In this document: in pieces, positions 7,813-16,337 of the stretch
Layout: each line of letters opens with the position of its first letter
How positions within the stretch are numbered: position 1 is the first letter of the stretch
DNA from: Mycobacterium alsense
GTDB lineage: Bacteria; Actinomycetota; Actinomycetes; Mycobacteriales; Mycobacteriaceae
Length of the DNA: 32,000 nucleotides
Reading direction: 5' to 3'
NCBI RefSeq assembly: GCF_002086635.1
Contig: NZ_MVHD01000004.1
Span: 12,259-44,258 of the forward strand
Made by a program: the position numbers and the translations under genes
The notes under the pieces: generated by a model
Database searches by the model: none
Seen by the model: the letters and a program-made list of their open reading frames with translations, nothing else
Told to the model about the DNA's origin: nothing

Positions 7813-8736
7813 TCACGGCGTTTGCTCGCGGGAAGCCGTCCGCAACGCCTCGTCGATCGCCGCGGCGCGCGGCGCGCAGTCCCCCGCGCCGGGCGCGAGC
7901 GTTGCCAACGCACCCGCGGCGCAGGCGCGCCGCAGCGCGGTCAGCCGCCCGGCGCGCGCGCCCGGTTCGCGCGGCCAGCCGGCGGCCAGGACCCCCGCGA
8001 ACACGTCGCCGGCGCCGGCGGTGTCCACCGCCTCGACCGCCGGGGCGGGGACGGTGAACTGGCCGTCGGCGCCCACGTAGCGGGCCCCGCGCGCGCCGAT
8101 CGTGATCACGAAGTGGGTTGGCCGCCAGGGCCATTCCCCCGCCTCGGCCTCGTTGGCGATGACCACGTCCGCGGCGGTGGCCAAGTCGGCGAGGTGGCGC
8201 CGCTCACCCCCGGCGGGGGAGGCGTTGACGATGACGGTCGCCCCGGCCGCGCGGGCCGCGCGCGTCGCCGCCACCGCCGTGGACAGCGGAATCTCCAACT
8301 GGGTCAACAGCACTTCGCAATCGGAGATCACGTCGCGCGCCGCGGCGGTGAGCGTCAACCGACCGTTCGCGCCCGGTGCCACCACGATGGCGTTCTCGGC
8401 GCGGGTGTCGACCACGACGGCCGCCGTTCCGCTGGGTCCGGGCGTTGCCACGGTCGCATCGAGCCCAACGCCGTTGGCCCGCAGGTGCGCCCGCAGCTGC
8501 GCGGCGGCCGCGTCGTCGCCGACCGCGCCGACGAACTGCACGCGCGCCCCGGCGCGCGCCGCGGCCACGGCCTGATTGGCGCCCTTGCCGCCCGGCGCCG
8601 CGGTCAACGACGACGCGAGCACGGTCTCGCCCGGGCGCGGCAACGCGGCGACACCGAACGTCAGATCCATGTTCACGCTGCCGACCACGCACACCCGAGC
8701 CATCACCCCGACGTTAGTGGCTCCGGCCATTTTCAC
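7813..8736 (-). CDS. rbsK: Ribokinase (PfkB family)
   Basis: VCVVGSVNMDL, PGGKGANQA and DTAGAGDVFAG. GTG 8736 is preceded by AAAGGA. Alternative starts are ATG 8730 and ATG 8703. Confidence 0.88.
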   Translation of the reverse strand: MKMAGATNVGVMARVCVVGSVNMDLTFGVAALPRPGETVLASSLTAAPGGKGANQAVAAARAGARVQFVGAVGDDAAAAQLRAHLRANGVGLDATVATPGPSGTAAVVVDTRAENAIVVAPGANGRLTLTAAARDVISDCEVLLTQLEIPLSTAVAATRAARAAGATVIVNASPAGGERRHLADLATAADVVIANEAEAGEWPWRPTHFVITIGARGARYVGADGQFTVPAPAVEAVDTAGAGDVFAGVLAAGWPREPGARAGRLTALRRACAAGALATLAPGAGDCAPRAAAIDEALRTASREQTP

Positions 8737-8797
8737 TAATCCTTTTGCTGCAATCGCCGATATCGTGATGTTCGCGCGTTAGTCTGCTGCCTAGTCG

Positions 8798-11074
8798 GTG
8801 CTAAATCCCGTTACGGGAAGGGAAAAGCGATTGACATCGAGCGAGCTGAAAGACGCCGAACACGCCGCTGAAAGCACCGGGAAACCGGCAACGCAAAATG
8901 CTCCCGGACCCGCCCCCGAATCCGCTCCGGCCGAACAGACCCGCAGGGGTGTGCGACGACCTTTGCCGTGGCACCGGTTCCGGTTCGGCATCCAGTCGAA
9001 GATCATGGTGGCGATGCTGTTATCCGGCATTCTCGGCGTCGCGGTGATCGGTCTGATCGGGGCCGTCTCCGGCCGGAACGCCCTGCGGGAAGTCGAGGCC
9101 GAGCGGTTGATCGAGCTGCGCGAAACGCAGAAGCGGCAGATCCAGGCGCTCTTTCGCGAGGTGACCAATTCGCTGATCGTCTACAGCGGCGGGTTCAGCG
9201 TCATCGACGCGACGGTGGCGCTCGCAGCGGGGTTGAACCAGTTGGGCAATGCCACGATCAGTCCGGCCCAACAACAAGCCCTGGTCGACTACTACGACAA
9301 GCAGATGATCGAGCCGATCAAGAAGGCGACCGGCAACCTGATCGACCTCAACGCCGTCCTGCCGAGTTCACCGGCGCAGCGTTACCTCCAGGCCTACTAC
9401 ACCGCGCCGCCCAGGCCGACCGCCGACTCGTTGCCCGTCGCCGACGCCGGCGACGGCAGCGCGTGGTCGGCGGCCAACGCGCGCTACGACTTCTACCTAC
9501 GCGGCATCGTCACGCGCTTCGACTATCGCGACGCGCTGCTGATGGACCTGCAGGGCAACGTCGTCTACTCCGTCATGAAGGGACCGGACCTCGGCACCAA
9601 CATCCTCACCGGCCCGTATCGCGAGTCGAACCTGCGCGATGCGTACCAAAAGGCGCTGCGCTCCAACGACGTCGACTTCGTGTGGATCACCGACTTCCAG
9701 CCGTACCAGCCGGCGCTCGACGCGCCCACCGCGTGGGTGGTGTCGCCCGTCGGCATGAACGGAAAGATCGAGGGCGTCATGGCCTTGCCCGTGCCGACAG
9801 CGAAGATCAACAAGATCATGACCGCGGACAAACGCTGGGAGGCCGCCGGCATGGGTCCGGCCACCGAGACGTATCTGGTCGGCCCCGACGACCTGATGCG
9901 TTCGGATTCACGGACTTTCCTGGAAAACCCCCAGGCATACCGGCGCGACGCCGTCGCCGCGGGCACCCCGCCCGACGTCGTGGACAAGGCGATCCGGCTG
10001 GGTGGCACGACGCTGGTGCAGCCGGTGCCGACGGCGGGGCTCAAGGCTGCCCAGCGCGGCGAGAGCGGCACCGTCAGCGCCACCGACTACGCCGGTAACA
10101 AGGAATTGGAAGCCTATGCGCCACTGGATATTCCGGACTCCGACCTGCATTGGTCGGTCCTGGCGACAAGGGATGATTCCGACGCTTTCGCGCGGCTGGG
10201 ACGCTTCAGCAAGACCCTCGTGATCGCGGTCACCGCGCTGATTTTCGTCATCTGTGTGGCTTCGATGATGATCGCCCAGGCGGCGGTGCGGCCGGTGCGG
10301 CGCCTGGAGCAGGGCACCCGCAAAATCAGCTCCGGGGACTACGACGTGAACATCCCGGTGATCGCGCGCGACGAAATCGGCGACCTCACCGCGGCTTTCA
10401 ACGAGATGAGCCGGAGCCTCGCGATCAAGGAGGAGCTGCTGAACCAGCAGCGCCGCGAAAACAACCGGCTGCTGCTGGCGCTGATGCCCGAGCCTATCGT
10501 CCAGCGGTATCGCGAGGGCGAGTCGACCATCGCCCAGAAACACCAGGACGTCGCGGTCATCTTCGCCGACATCGTCGGGCTCGACGAGCTGTCCAACGAG
10601 CTGTCCGGCGACGAATTGGTGGGCATCGTCGACGACCTGTTCCGGCAGTTCGACTCCGCGGCCGAAACCCTTGGCGTCGAACGCATTCGCACCTTCCACA
10701 ACGGCTACCTCGCCACCTGCGGGGTGATCGCCCCGCGGCTGGACAGCCTTCACCGAAGCGTTGACTTCGGCATCGAGATGCGGCACATCATCGACCGGTT
10801 CAACAGCCAGTCGGGCCACGAGCTGGACCTTCGGGTCGGAATCAACACCGGCAACGTCATCAGCGGGCTGGTGGGCCGGTCCAGCCTCGTCTACGACATG
10901 TGGGGTGCGGCGGTGAGCCTGGCCTACCAAATCCACAGGGGCGCACCGCAGCCCGGCATCTACGTCAGCACCCCGGTATACGAGGCGATGCGAGATGTGC
11001 GGCATTTCGCCCCCGCCGGCACCATCTCCGTCGGTGGAGTGGACCAGAACATGTACCGATTGACGGAGCGATGA
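8798..11074 (+). CDS. Membrane receptor with class III nucleotidyl cyclase homology domain: TM1, about 380-aa extracytoplasmic domain, TM2, HAMP domain, degenerate cyclase domain
   Basis: TM helices at about 9004-9072 and 10214-10282. HAMP segment RPVRRLEQGTRKISSGDYDVNIPVIARDEIGDLTAAFNEMSRSL. Cyclase-domain motifs VIFADIVG, GINTGNVISGLVG and YDMWG. The true start may be TTG 8831, preceded by GGGAAGGGAAAAG. Stop is TGA at 11072-11074. Confidence 0.85.
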   Translation: MLNPVTGREKRLTSSELKDAEHAAESTGKPATQNAPGPAPESAPAEQTRRGVRRPLPWHRFRFGIQSKIMVAMLLSGILGVAVIGLIGAVSGRNALREVEAERLIELRETQKRQIQALFREVTNSLIVYSGGFSVIDATVALAAGLNQLGNATISPAQQQALVDYYDKQMIEPIKKATGNLIDLNAVLPSSPAQRYLQAYYTAPPRPTADSLPVADAGDGSAWSAANARYDFYLRGIVTRFDYRDALLMDLQGNVVYSVMKGPDLGTNILTGPYRESNLRDAYQKALRSNDVDFVWITDFQPYQPALDAPTAWVVSPVGMNGKIEGVMALPVPTAKINKIMTADKRWEAAGMGPATETYLVGPDDLMRSDSRTFLENPQAYRRDAVAAGTPPDVVDKAIRLGGTTLVQPVPTAGLKAAQRGESGTVSATDYAGNKELEAYAPLDIPDSDLHWSVLATRDDSDAFARLGRFSKTLVIAVTALIFVICVASMMIAQAAVRPVRRLEQGTRKISSGDYDVNIPVIARDEIGDLTAAFNEMSRSLAIKEELLNQQRRENNRLLLALMPEPIVQRYREGESTIAQKHQDVAVIFADIVGLDELSNELSGDELVGIVDDLFRQFDSAAETLGVERIRTFHNGYLATCGVIAPRLDSLHRSVDFGIEMRHIIDRFNSQSGHELDLRVGINTGNVISGLVGRSSLVYDMWGAAVSLAYQIHRGAPQPGIYVSTPVYEAMRDVRHFAPAGTISVGGVDQNMYRLTER

Positions 11075-12477
11075 TGAACCTCTGGCACTCCTCGTGGTTT
11101 TACTGGGCGGTCGGCATCGCGGTCGGCCTCCCGATCGCGCTGATCTTTCTCACCGAACTGCACCACACGCTGCTCCGGCGAAACAGCCGCCTGGCCCGCG
11201 TGGCGGGCCTGCTGCGCAACTACCTGGTGCCGCTGGGCGCACTGTTGCTGCTGCTGGTCAAGGCCTCCCAGATCCCGGCCGGGGATGTCCCGGTCCGGCT
11301 GCTGACCACGGTCTTCGGCTTCCTCGTGCTGCTGTTGTTGCTGTCCGGGCTCAACGCGACCGTGTTCGAGGGCGCCCCCGAGGACAGCTGGCGCAAACGG
11401 CTGCCGGCGATCTTCCTCGACGTCGGGCGCTTCGCGCTGATCGGCGTGGGCCTGGTGCTGATCCTGTCCTACATCTGGGGCGTGCGGGTCGGCGGGTTGT
11501 TCACCGCGCTGGGCGTCACGTCCGTGGTCATCGGCCTGATGCTGCAGAACTCCGTCGGCCAGATCGTGTCGGGACTGTTCATGCTCTTCGAGCAGCCCTT
11601 CCGGCTGGATGACTGGCTGGACACCGGGGCGGCGCGGGGGCGGGTCGTCGAGGTGAACTGGCGGGCCGTGCACATCGACACCGGCGACGGGATGCGGGTC
11701 ACGCCGAACTCGGTGCTGGCCACGACGGCGTTCACCAACCTCAGCCGCCCCGCCGGCAGCCACAAACTGGCGATAACGACCACGTTTTCCCCCGCCGACC
11801 CGCCCGACCAGGTGTGCGCGGTGCTCTCGCGCGTCGCGCTCGGTCTGCCGCAGCTCAGGAGCGACAGCGTGCCCCGCACGGTCCCCCTCGGCGGCGGCGA
11901 GTACCGCACGTCCGTCGGGCTCAACTCGCCCGCCGACGACGGCGCCGCGCGCGCGACGTTTCTGCGCTGGATCTGGTACGCCGCGCGGCGCGAAGACCTG
12001 CGCCTCGACAACAGCGACGACGACTATTCGACCACCGAACGCGTGGAGAAGGCGGTGCGCACCGTGGTGGCGCCGGCCCTGCGCCTCAACGCCGACGAGC
12101 AACGGGCGCTGCATTCCTGCGCGCGGCTGGTCCGCTACGGCGCCGGCGAGACGGTGGAGTACCCCGGTCAGGTGCCCACCGGGATGACCTTCCTGATCAG
12201 CGGGCGGGTCCAGCTGACCGCGACGGCCGACGACGGCTCGCTCGTGCCGATCACCACGCTGACCGAGGGATCGTTCCTGGGGCTGACGGCGCTGACCCGC
12301 CAGCCCAACACCGCGAGCGCCTACGCGCTCGACGAGGTGACCGCGCTGGAGATCGATCGCGAGCACCTCGAACACCTGGTGATGCGAGAACCGTTGCTGC
12401 TGCAGAACTTCGGGCGCATCCTCGGCGAGCGGCAAAGCAAGGTGCGCAAGGCCCGGCGCGGCGAGCTGGTGGGCTGA
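11071..12477 (+). CDS. MscS-family mechanosensitive-type channel fused to a C-terminal cyclic-nucleotide-binding-like domain (bCNG-type architecture)
   Basis: ATG 11071 overlaps the upstream stop (ATGA). N-terminal TM helices are followed by an MscS pore/beta-domain segment ([31 protein letters not shown]...[13 protein letters not shown]...VTPNS). A CAP-family beta-roll follows ([29 protein letters not shown]). Confidence 0.85.
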   Translation: MMNLWHSSWFYWAVGIAVGLPIALIFLTELHHTLLRRNSRLARVAGLLRNYLVPLGALLLLLVKASQIPAGDVPVRLLTTVFGFLVLLLLLSGLNATVFEGAPEDSWRKRLPAIFLDVGRFALIGVGLVLILSYIWGVRVGGLFTALGVTSVVIGLMLQNSVGQIVSGLFMLFEQPFRLDDWLDTGAARGRVVEVNWRAVHIDTGDGMRVTPNSVLATTAFTNLSRPAGSHKLAITTTFSPADPPDQVCAVLSRVALGLPQLRSDSVPRTVPLGGGEYRTSVGLNSPADDGAARATFLRWIWYAARREDLRLDNSDDDYSTTERVEKAVRTVVAPALRLNADEQRALHSCARLVRYGAGETVEYPGQVPTGMTFLISGRVQLTATADDGSLVPITTLTEGSFLGLTALTRQPNTASAYALDEVTALEIDREHLEHLVMREPLLLQNFGRILGERQSKVRKARRGELVG

Positions 12478-12544
12478 CCCGGCCACCGCACGTTCCCGCA
12501 GGGGCAACCCAACTCGGCAAACCGCAAACCGATACCCTGGTTCA

Positions 12545-13792
12545 ATGAGTCTGCAAGCTCCATCGCGCCCTGACCTGCGCCGGGAGGTGCACGACGCCGC
12601 GCGCCGCGCCCGGGTCGCCGCGCGCTCGCTGGCGGCGCTGCCGACCGTCGCCAAGGACGTCGCACTGCAGTCCGCGGCCGACGCGATCGCCGCCCACACC
12701 GAGCGCATCCTGGCCGCCAACGCCGAAGACCTGGAGGCCGCCCGGGCCGCGGGAACCCCGACCGCCATGCTCGACCGTCTGGCGCTGGACGCCAGGCGCG
12801 TCGACGGGATCGCGGCCGGCCTGCGGCAGGTCGCCACGCTGCCCGACCCGGTCGGCGAGGTGCTGCGCGGCTACACCCTGCCCAACGGGCTGCACCTGCG
12901 CCAGCAGCGCGTTCCGCTCGGGGTGGTCGGCATGATCTACGAGGGCCGGCCCAACGTCACCGTCGACGCCTTCGGGCTGGCCCTCAAGTCCGGCAACGCC
13001 GTGCTGCTGCGCGGCAGCTCGTCGGCGGCCAAGTCCAACCAGGCGCTCGTCGACGTGTTGCGCGCGTCGCTGGTCAGCGAGGACCTGCCCGCCGACGCGG
13101 TCCAGCTGCTGTCGTCGACCGATCGCGCCACGGTCACCCACCTGATCCAGGCCCGCGGCCTCGTCGACGTGGTGATCCCGCGCGGCGGCGCCAGCCTGAT
13201 CGACGCGGTGGTGCGCGACGCGCAGGTCCCCACCATCGAAACCGGTGTCGGCAACTGTCACGTCTACGTGCACGAGGCCGCCGACCTGGAGGTGGCCGAA
13301 CGGATCCTGCTGAACTCGAAGACGCGCCGGCCCAGCGTGTGCAACGCGGCCGAGACGCTGCTGGTCGACGCCGCGATCGCGGGCGAGGCCATGCCCAGGC
13401 TGGTGGGCGCCCTGCAGGACGCCGGGGTGTCGGTGCACCTCAACCCCGACGAGGCCGACCTGCGCCGCGAATACCTGTCGATGGACATCGCGGTGGCGGT
13501 GGTCGACGGCGTCGACGCCGCGATCGACCACATCAACGAGTACGGCAGCGGACACACGGAGGCCATCGTCACCACGAACATGGCCGCGGCCCAACGGTTT
13601 ACCGACGGCGTCGACTCCGCCGCGGTGATGGTCAACGCCTCGACGGCGTTCACCGACGGTGAGCAGTTCGGGTTCGGCGCCGAGATCGGCATCTCGACGC
13701 AGAAGCTGCACGCGCGCGGCCCGATGGGATTGCCGGAATTGACCTCGACCAAGTGGATCGCGTGGGGAGACGGGCACGTCCGCCCGGCCTGA
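12545..13792 (+). CDS. proA: Gamma-glutamyl phosphate reductase
   Basis: 415 aa, with [10 protein letters not shown], the catalytic Cys in [13 protein letters not shown], and GHTEAIVT. Confidence 0.95.
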   Translation: MSLQAPSRPDLRREVHDAARRARVAARSLAALPTVAKDVALQSAADAIAAHTERILAANAEDLEAARAAGTPTAMLDRLALDARRVDGIAAGLRQVATLPDPVGEVLRGYTLPNGLHLRQQRVPLGVVGMIYEGRPNVTVDAFGLALKSGNAVLLRGSSSAAKSNQALVDVLRASLVSEDLPADAVQLLSSTDRATVTHLIQARGLVDVVIPRGGASLIDAVVRDAQVPTIETGVGNCHVYVHEAADLEVAERILLNSKTRRPSVCNAAETLLVDAAIAGEAMPRLVGALQDAGVSVHLNPDEADLRREYLSMDIAVAVVDGVDAAIDHINEYGSGHTEAIVTTNMAAAQRFTDGVDSAAVMVNASTAFTDGEQFGFGAEIGISTQKLHARGPMGLPELTSTKWIAWGDGHVRPA

Positions 13793-13821
13793 CGTCCCGA
13801 TGCTTTAGGAGAACCGAGATT

Positions 13822-14697
13822 GTGACTGTGCCCGCCCGGCCCGCGCCGCTGTTCGCCGACATCGACGACGTCTCGCGACGCTTGGCCGAGACCGGCTACC
13901 TGCCCGACACCGCCACCGCCACCGCGGTGTTCCTGGCCGACCGGCTGGGCAAGCCGCTGCTGGTGGAGGGTCCGGCCGGCGTCGGCAAGACCGAGCTGGC
14001 CCGCGCCGTCGCCCAGGCCACCGGCTCGGGCCTGGTCCGCCTGCAGTGCTATGAGGGGGTCGACGAGGCGCGCGCGCTCTACGAGTGGAACCACGCCAAG
14101 CAGATACTCCGAATTCAGGCCGGTTCGGGCGACTGGGACCAGACCAAGGACGACGTGTTCAGCGAGGAATTCCTGCTGCAGCGTCCGCTGCTGACCGCCA
14201 TCCGCCGCACCGAGCCGACGGTGCTGCTCATCGACGAGACCGACAAGGCCGACATCGAGATCGAGGGCCTGCTGCTCGAGGTGCTCTCCGACTTCGCCGT
14301 GACCGTCCCCGAACTGGGCACGCTCATCGCCGAGCGGGCCCCGTTCGTCGTGCTCACTTCCAACGCCACCCGGGAACTGTCCGAGGCGCTCAAGCGCCGC
14401 TGCCTGTTCTTGCACATCGACTTCCCGAGCCCCGACCTGGAGCGGCGCATCCTGCTGTCCCGGGTCCCGGAGCTGCCCGCGCACCTGGCCGAGGAACTGG
14501 TGCGCATCATCGGCGTGCTGCGCGGCATGCAACTGAAGAAGGTCCCGTCCATCGCCGAGACGATCGACTGGGGCCGCACCCTGCTCGCGCTGGGCCTGGA
14601 CACCATCGACGACGCGGTGGTATCCGCCACGCTCGGCGTGGTCCTCAAGCACCAATCCGACCAGCAGCGCGCGGCCGGCGAGCTCAGGCTGAACTAA
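13822..14697 (+). CDS. MoxR-class AAA+ ATPase (CoxD-like subfamily)
   Basis: Walker A GPAGVGKT and Walker B LLIDETDKA. GTG 13822 is preceded by AGGAGA at 13807-13812. The track start at 13753 overlaps the proA 3' end. Confidence 0.88.
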   Translation: MTVPARPAPLFADIDDVSRRLAETGYLPDTATATAVFLADRLGKPLLVEGPAGVGKTELARAVAQATGSGLVRLQCYEGVDEARALYEWNHAKQILRIQAGSGDWDQTKDDVFSEEFLLQRPLLTAIRRTEPTVLLIDETDKADIEIEGLLLEVLSDFAVTVPELGTLIAERAPFVVLTSNATRELSEALKRRCLFLHIDFPSPDLERRILLSRVPELPAHLAEELVRIIGVLRGMQLKKVPSIAETIDWGRTLLALGLDTIDDAVVSATLGVVLKHQSDQQRAAGELRLN

Positions 14698-16146
14698 ATG
14701 GCCGCCCGCCGCATCCGCCCCACCCGCCCGCTGGCCCCGCACGGGCTGCCGGGCCACCTGGTCGGTTTCGTGGAAGCGCTTCGCGGAGCGGGGATTTCGG
14801 TGGGGCCGTCGGAGACGGTGGACGCCGGCCGGGTAATGGCGACCCTCGGCCTGGCCGACCGCGATGTGCTGCGCGAGGGCATCGCCTGCGCGGTGCTGCG
14901 CCGCCCCGACCACCGCGACACCTACGACGCCATGTTCGACCTGTGGTTCCCCGCGGCGCTGGGGGCGCGGGCGGTGGTGTTGGACGACGAGTCGGGCGAG
15001 GGGTCGGGCGACCAGTCGTTGCCGGACGACGACGTCGAGGCGATGCGCCAGATGCTGCTGGACCTGCTCACCGAAAATCCCGACCTGGCCGACATGGACG
15101 AGCGGCTGGTCGCGATGATCGCGCGGATCGTGGAGGCCTACGGCAAATACAGTTCGAGCCGCGGACCGTCGTTCTCGTCGTATCAGGCGCTCAAGGCGAT
15201 GGCGCTCGACGAGCTGGAGGGCAAGCTGCTGGCGGGGCTGCTGGCCCCGTACGGTGACGAGCCCACGCCCACTCAGGAGCAGATCGCCAAAGCGCTTGCG
15301 GCGCAGCGGATCACACAGCTACGCAAGATGGTCGACGCCGAGACCAAGCGCCGCACCGCCGAGCAGCTCGGCCGCGACCACGTCCAGATGTACGGCATTC
15401 CACAGCTTTCCGAGAACGTCGAGTTCCTGCGCGCCTCCGGCGAGCAGCTACGCCAGATGCAACGGGTCGTGGCGCCCCTGGCCCGCACCCTGGCCACCCG
15501 GCTGGCGGCGCGCCGCCGGCGCTCGCGCGCCGGGACGATCGACCTGCGCAAGACGCTGCGCAAGTCGATGTCCACCGGCGGCGTGCCGATCGACGTGGTG
15601 CTGGCCAAGCCCCGCCCGGCGCGCCCGGAACTGGTGGTGCTGTGCGACGTTTCGGGCTCGGTCGCCGGGTTCAGCCACTTCACGCTGCTGCTGGTGCACG
15701 CCCTGCGGCAACAGTTCTCGCGCGTCCGGGTGTTCGCCTTCATCGACACCACCGACGAGGTGACGCACATGTTCGGGCCGGAGGCCGACCTGGCCGTGGC
15801 GATCCAGCGCATCACCCGGGAGGCCGGTGTCTACAGCCGCGACGGGCACTCCGACTACGGCAACGCGTTCGTCTCGTTCCTGCAGGCGCACCCGAACGCG
15901 TTGTCGCCGCGCAGCTCGCTGCTGGTGCTGGGCGACGGGCGCACCAACTATCGCGACCCGGCCATCGACGTGCTGGCCGACATGGTGACCGCCAGCCGCC
16001 ACGCGCACTGGCTCAACCCCGAACCCAAACACCTGTGGGGCAGCGGCGACTCGGCGGTGCCGCGCTACCAGGACGTCATCCCGATGCACGAATGCCGCTC
16101 GGCCAAGCAACTGGCCGCGGTGATCGACCAGCTGCTGCCCGTGTGA
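14698..16146 (+). CDS. VWA-domain protein (CoxE-like), partner of the MoxR ATPase
   Basis: ATG 14698 directly abuts the upstream TAA. The C-terminal VWA domain has a MIDAS motif DVSGS (LCDVSGSV). Confidence 0.85.
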   Translation: MAARRIRPTRPLAPHGLPGHLVGFVEALRGAGISVGPSETVDAGRVMATLGLADRDVLREGIACAVLRRPDHRDTYDAMFDLWFPAALGARAVVLDDESGEGSGDQSLPDDDVEAMRQMLLDLLTENPDLADMDERLVAMIARIVEAYGKYSSSRGPSFSSYQALKAMALDELEGKLLAGLLAPYGDEPTPTQEQIAKALAAQRITQLRKMVDAETKRRTAEQLGRDHVQMYGIPQLSENVEFLRASGEQLRQMQRVVAPLARTLATRLAARRRRSRAGTIDLRKTLRKSMSTGGVPIDVVLAKPRPARPELVVLCDVSGSVAGFSHFTLLLVHALRQQFSRVRVFAFIDTTDEVTHMFGPEADLAVAIQRITREAGVYSRDGHSDYGNAFVSFLQAHPNALSPRSSLLVLGDGRTNYRDPAIDVLADMVTASRHAHWLNPEPKHLWGSGDSAVPRYQDVIPMHECRSAKQLAAVIDQLLPV

Positions 16147-16220
16147 GGCGGGACCGTGACCGCTGGGCCTCATTCGTCACATCGGCCACGTCCGTCCCTG
16201 TCGGCGACGGTGGTCTGAGC

Positions 16221-16251
16221 GCCCGCCTCGCATAGTCGCTGTGAGGCGGGC
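16221..16251 (+). terminator. GC-rich hairpin (9-bp stem GCCCGCCTC/GAGGCGGGC, 13-nt loop) downstream of the VWA gene
   Basis: Perfect inverted repeat 75 nt after the stop at 16146, with no U-tract. It is part of a larger set of complementary segments in this intergenic region (see findings). Confidence 0.35.
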
Positions 16252-16337
16252 ACCGAGCGTCCCACCCGGCGGAGAGACTCCTGTGGCGGATGTGACGAAA
16301 AGGTGGGTCATCGCCGCCTCAAGTAAGCTGGCACATC

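Noticed and set aside
10960-14913. Long minus-strand ORFs (10960-12837, 12542-13777, 13264-14913) antisense to the channel, proA and MoxR genes
   Set aside because: Same reasoning: arginine- and glycine-rich nonsense translations, no start-site signals, and complete overlap with motif-bearing genes on the + strand.
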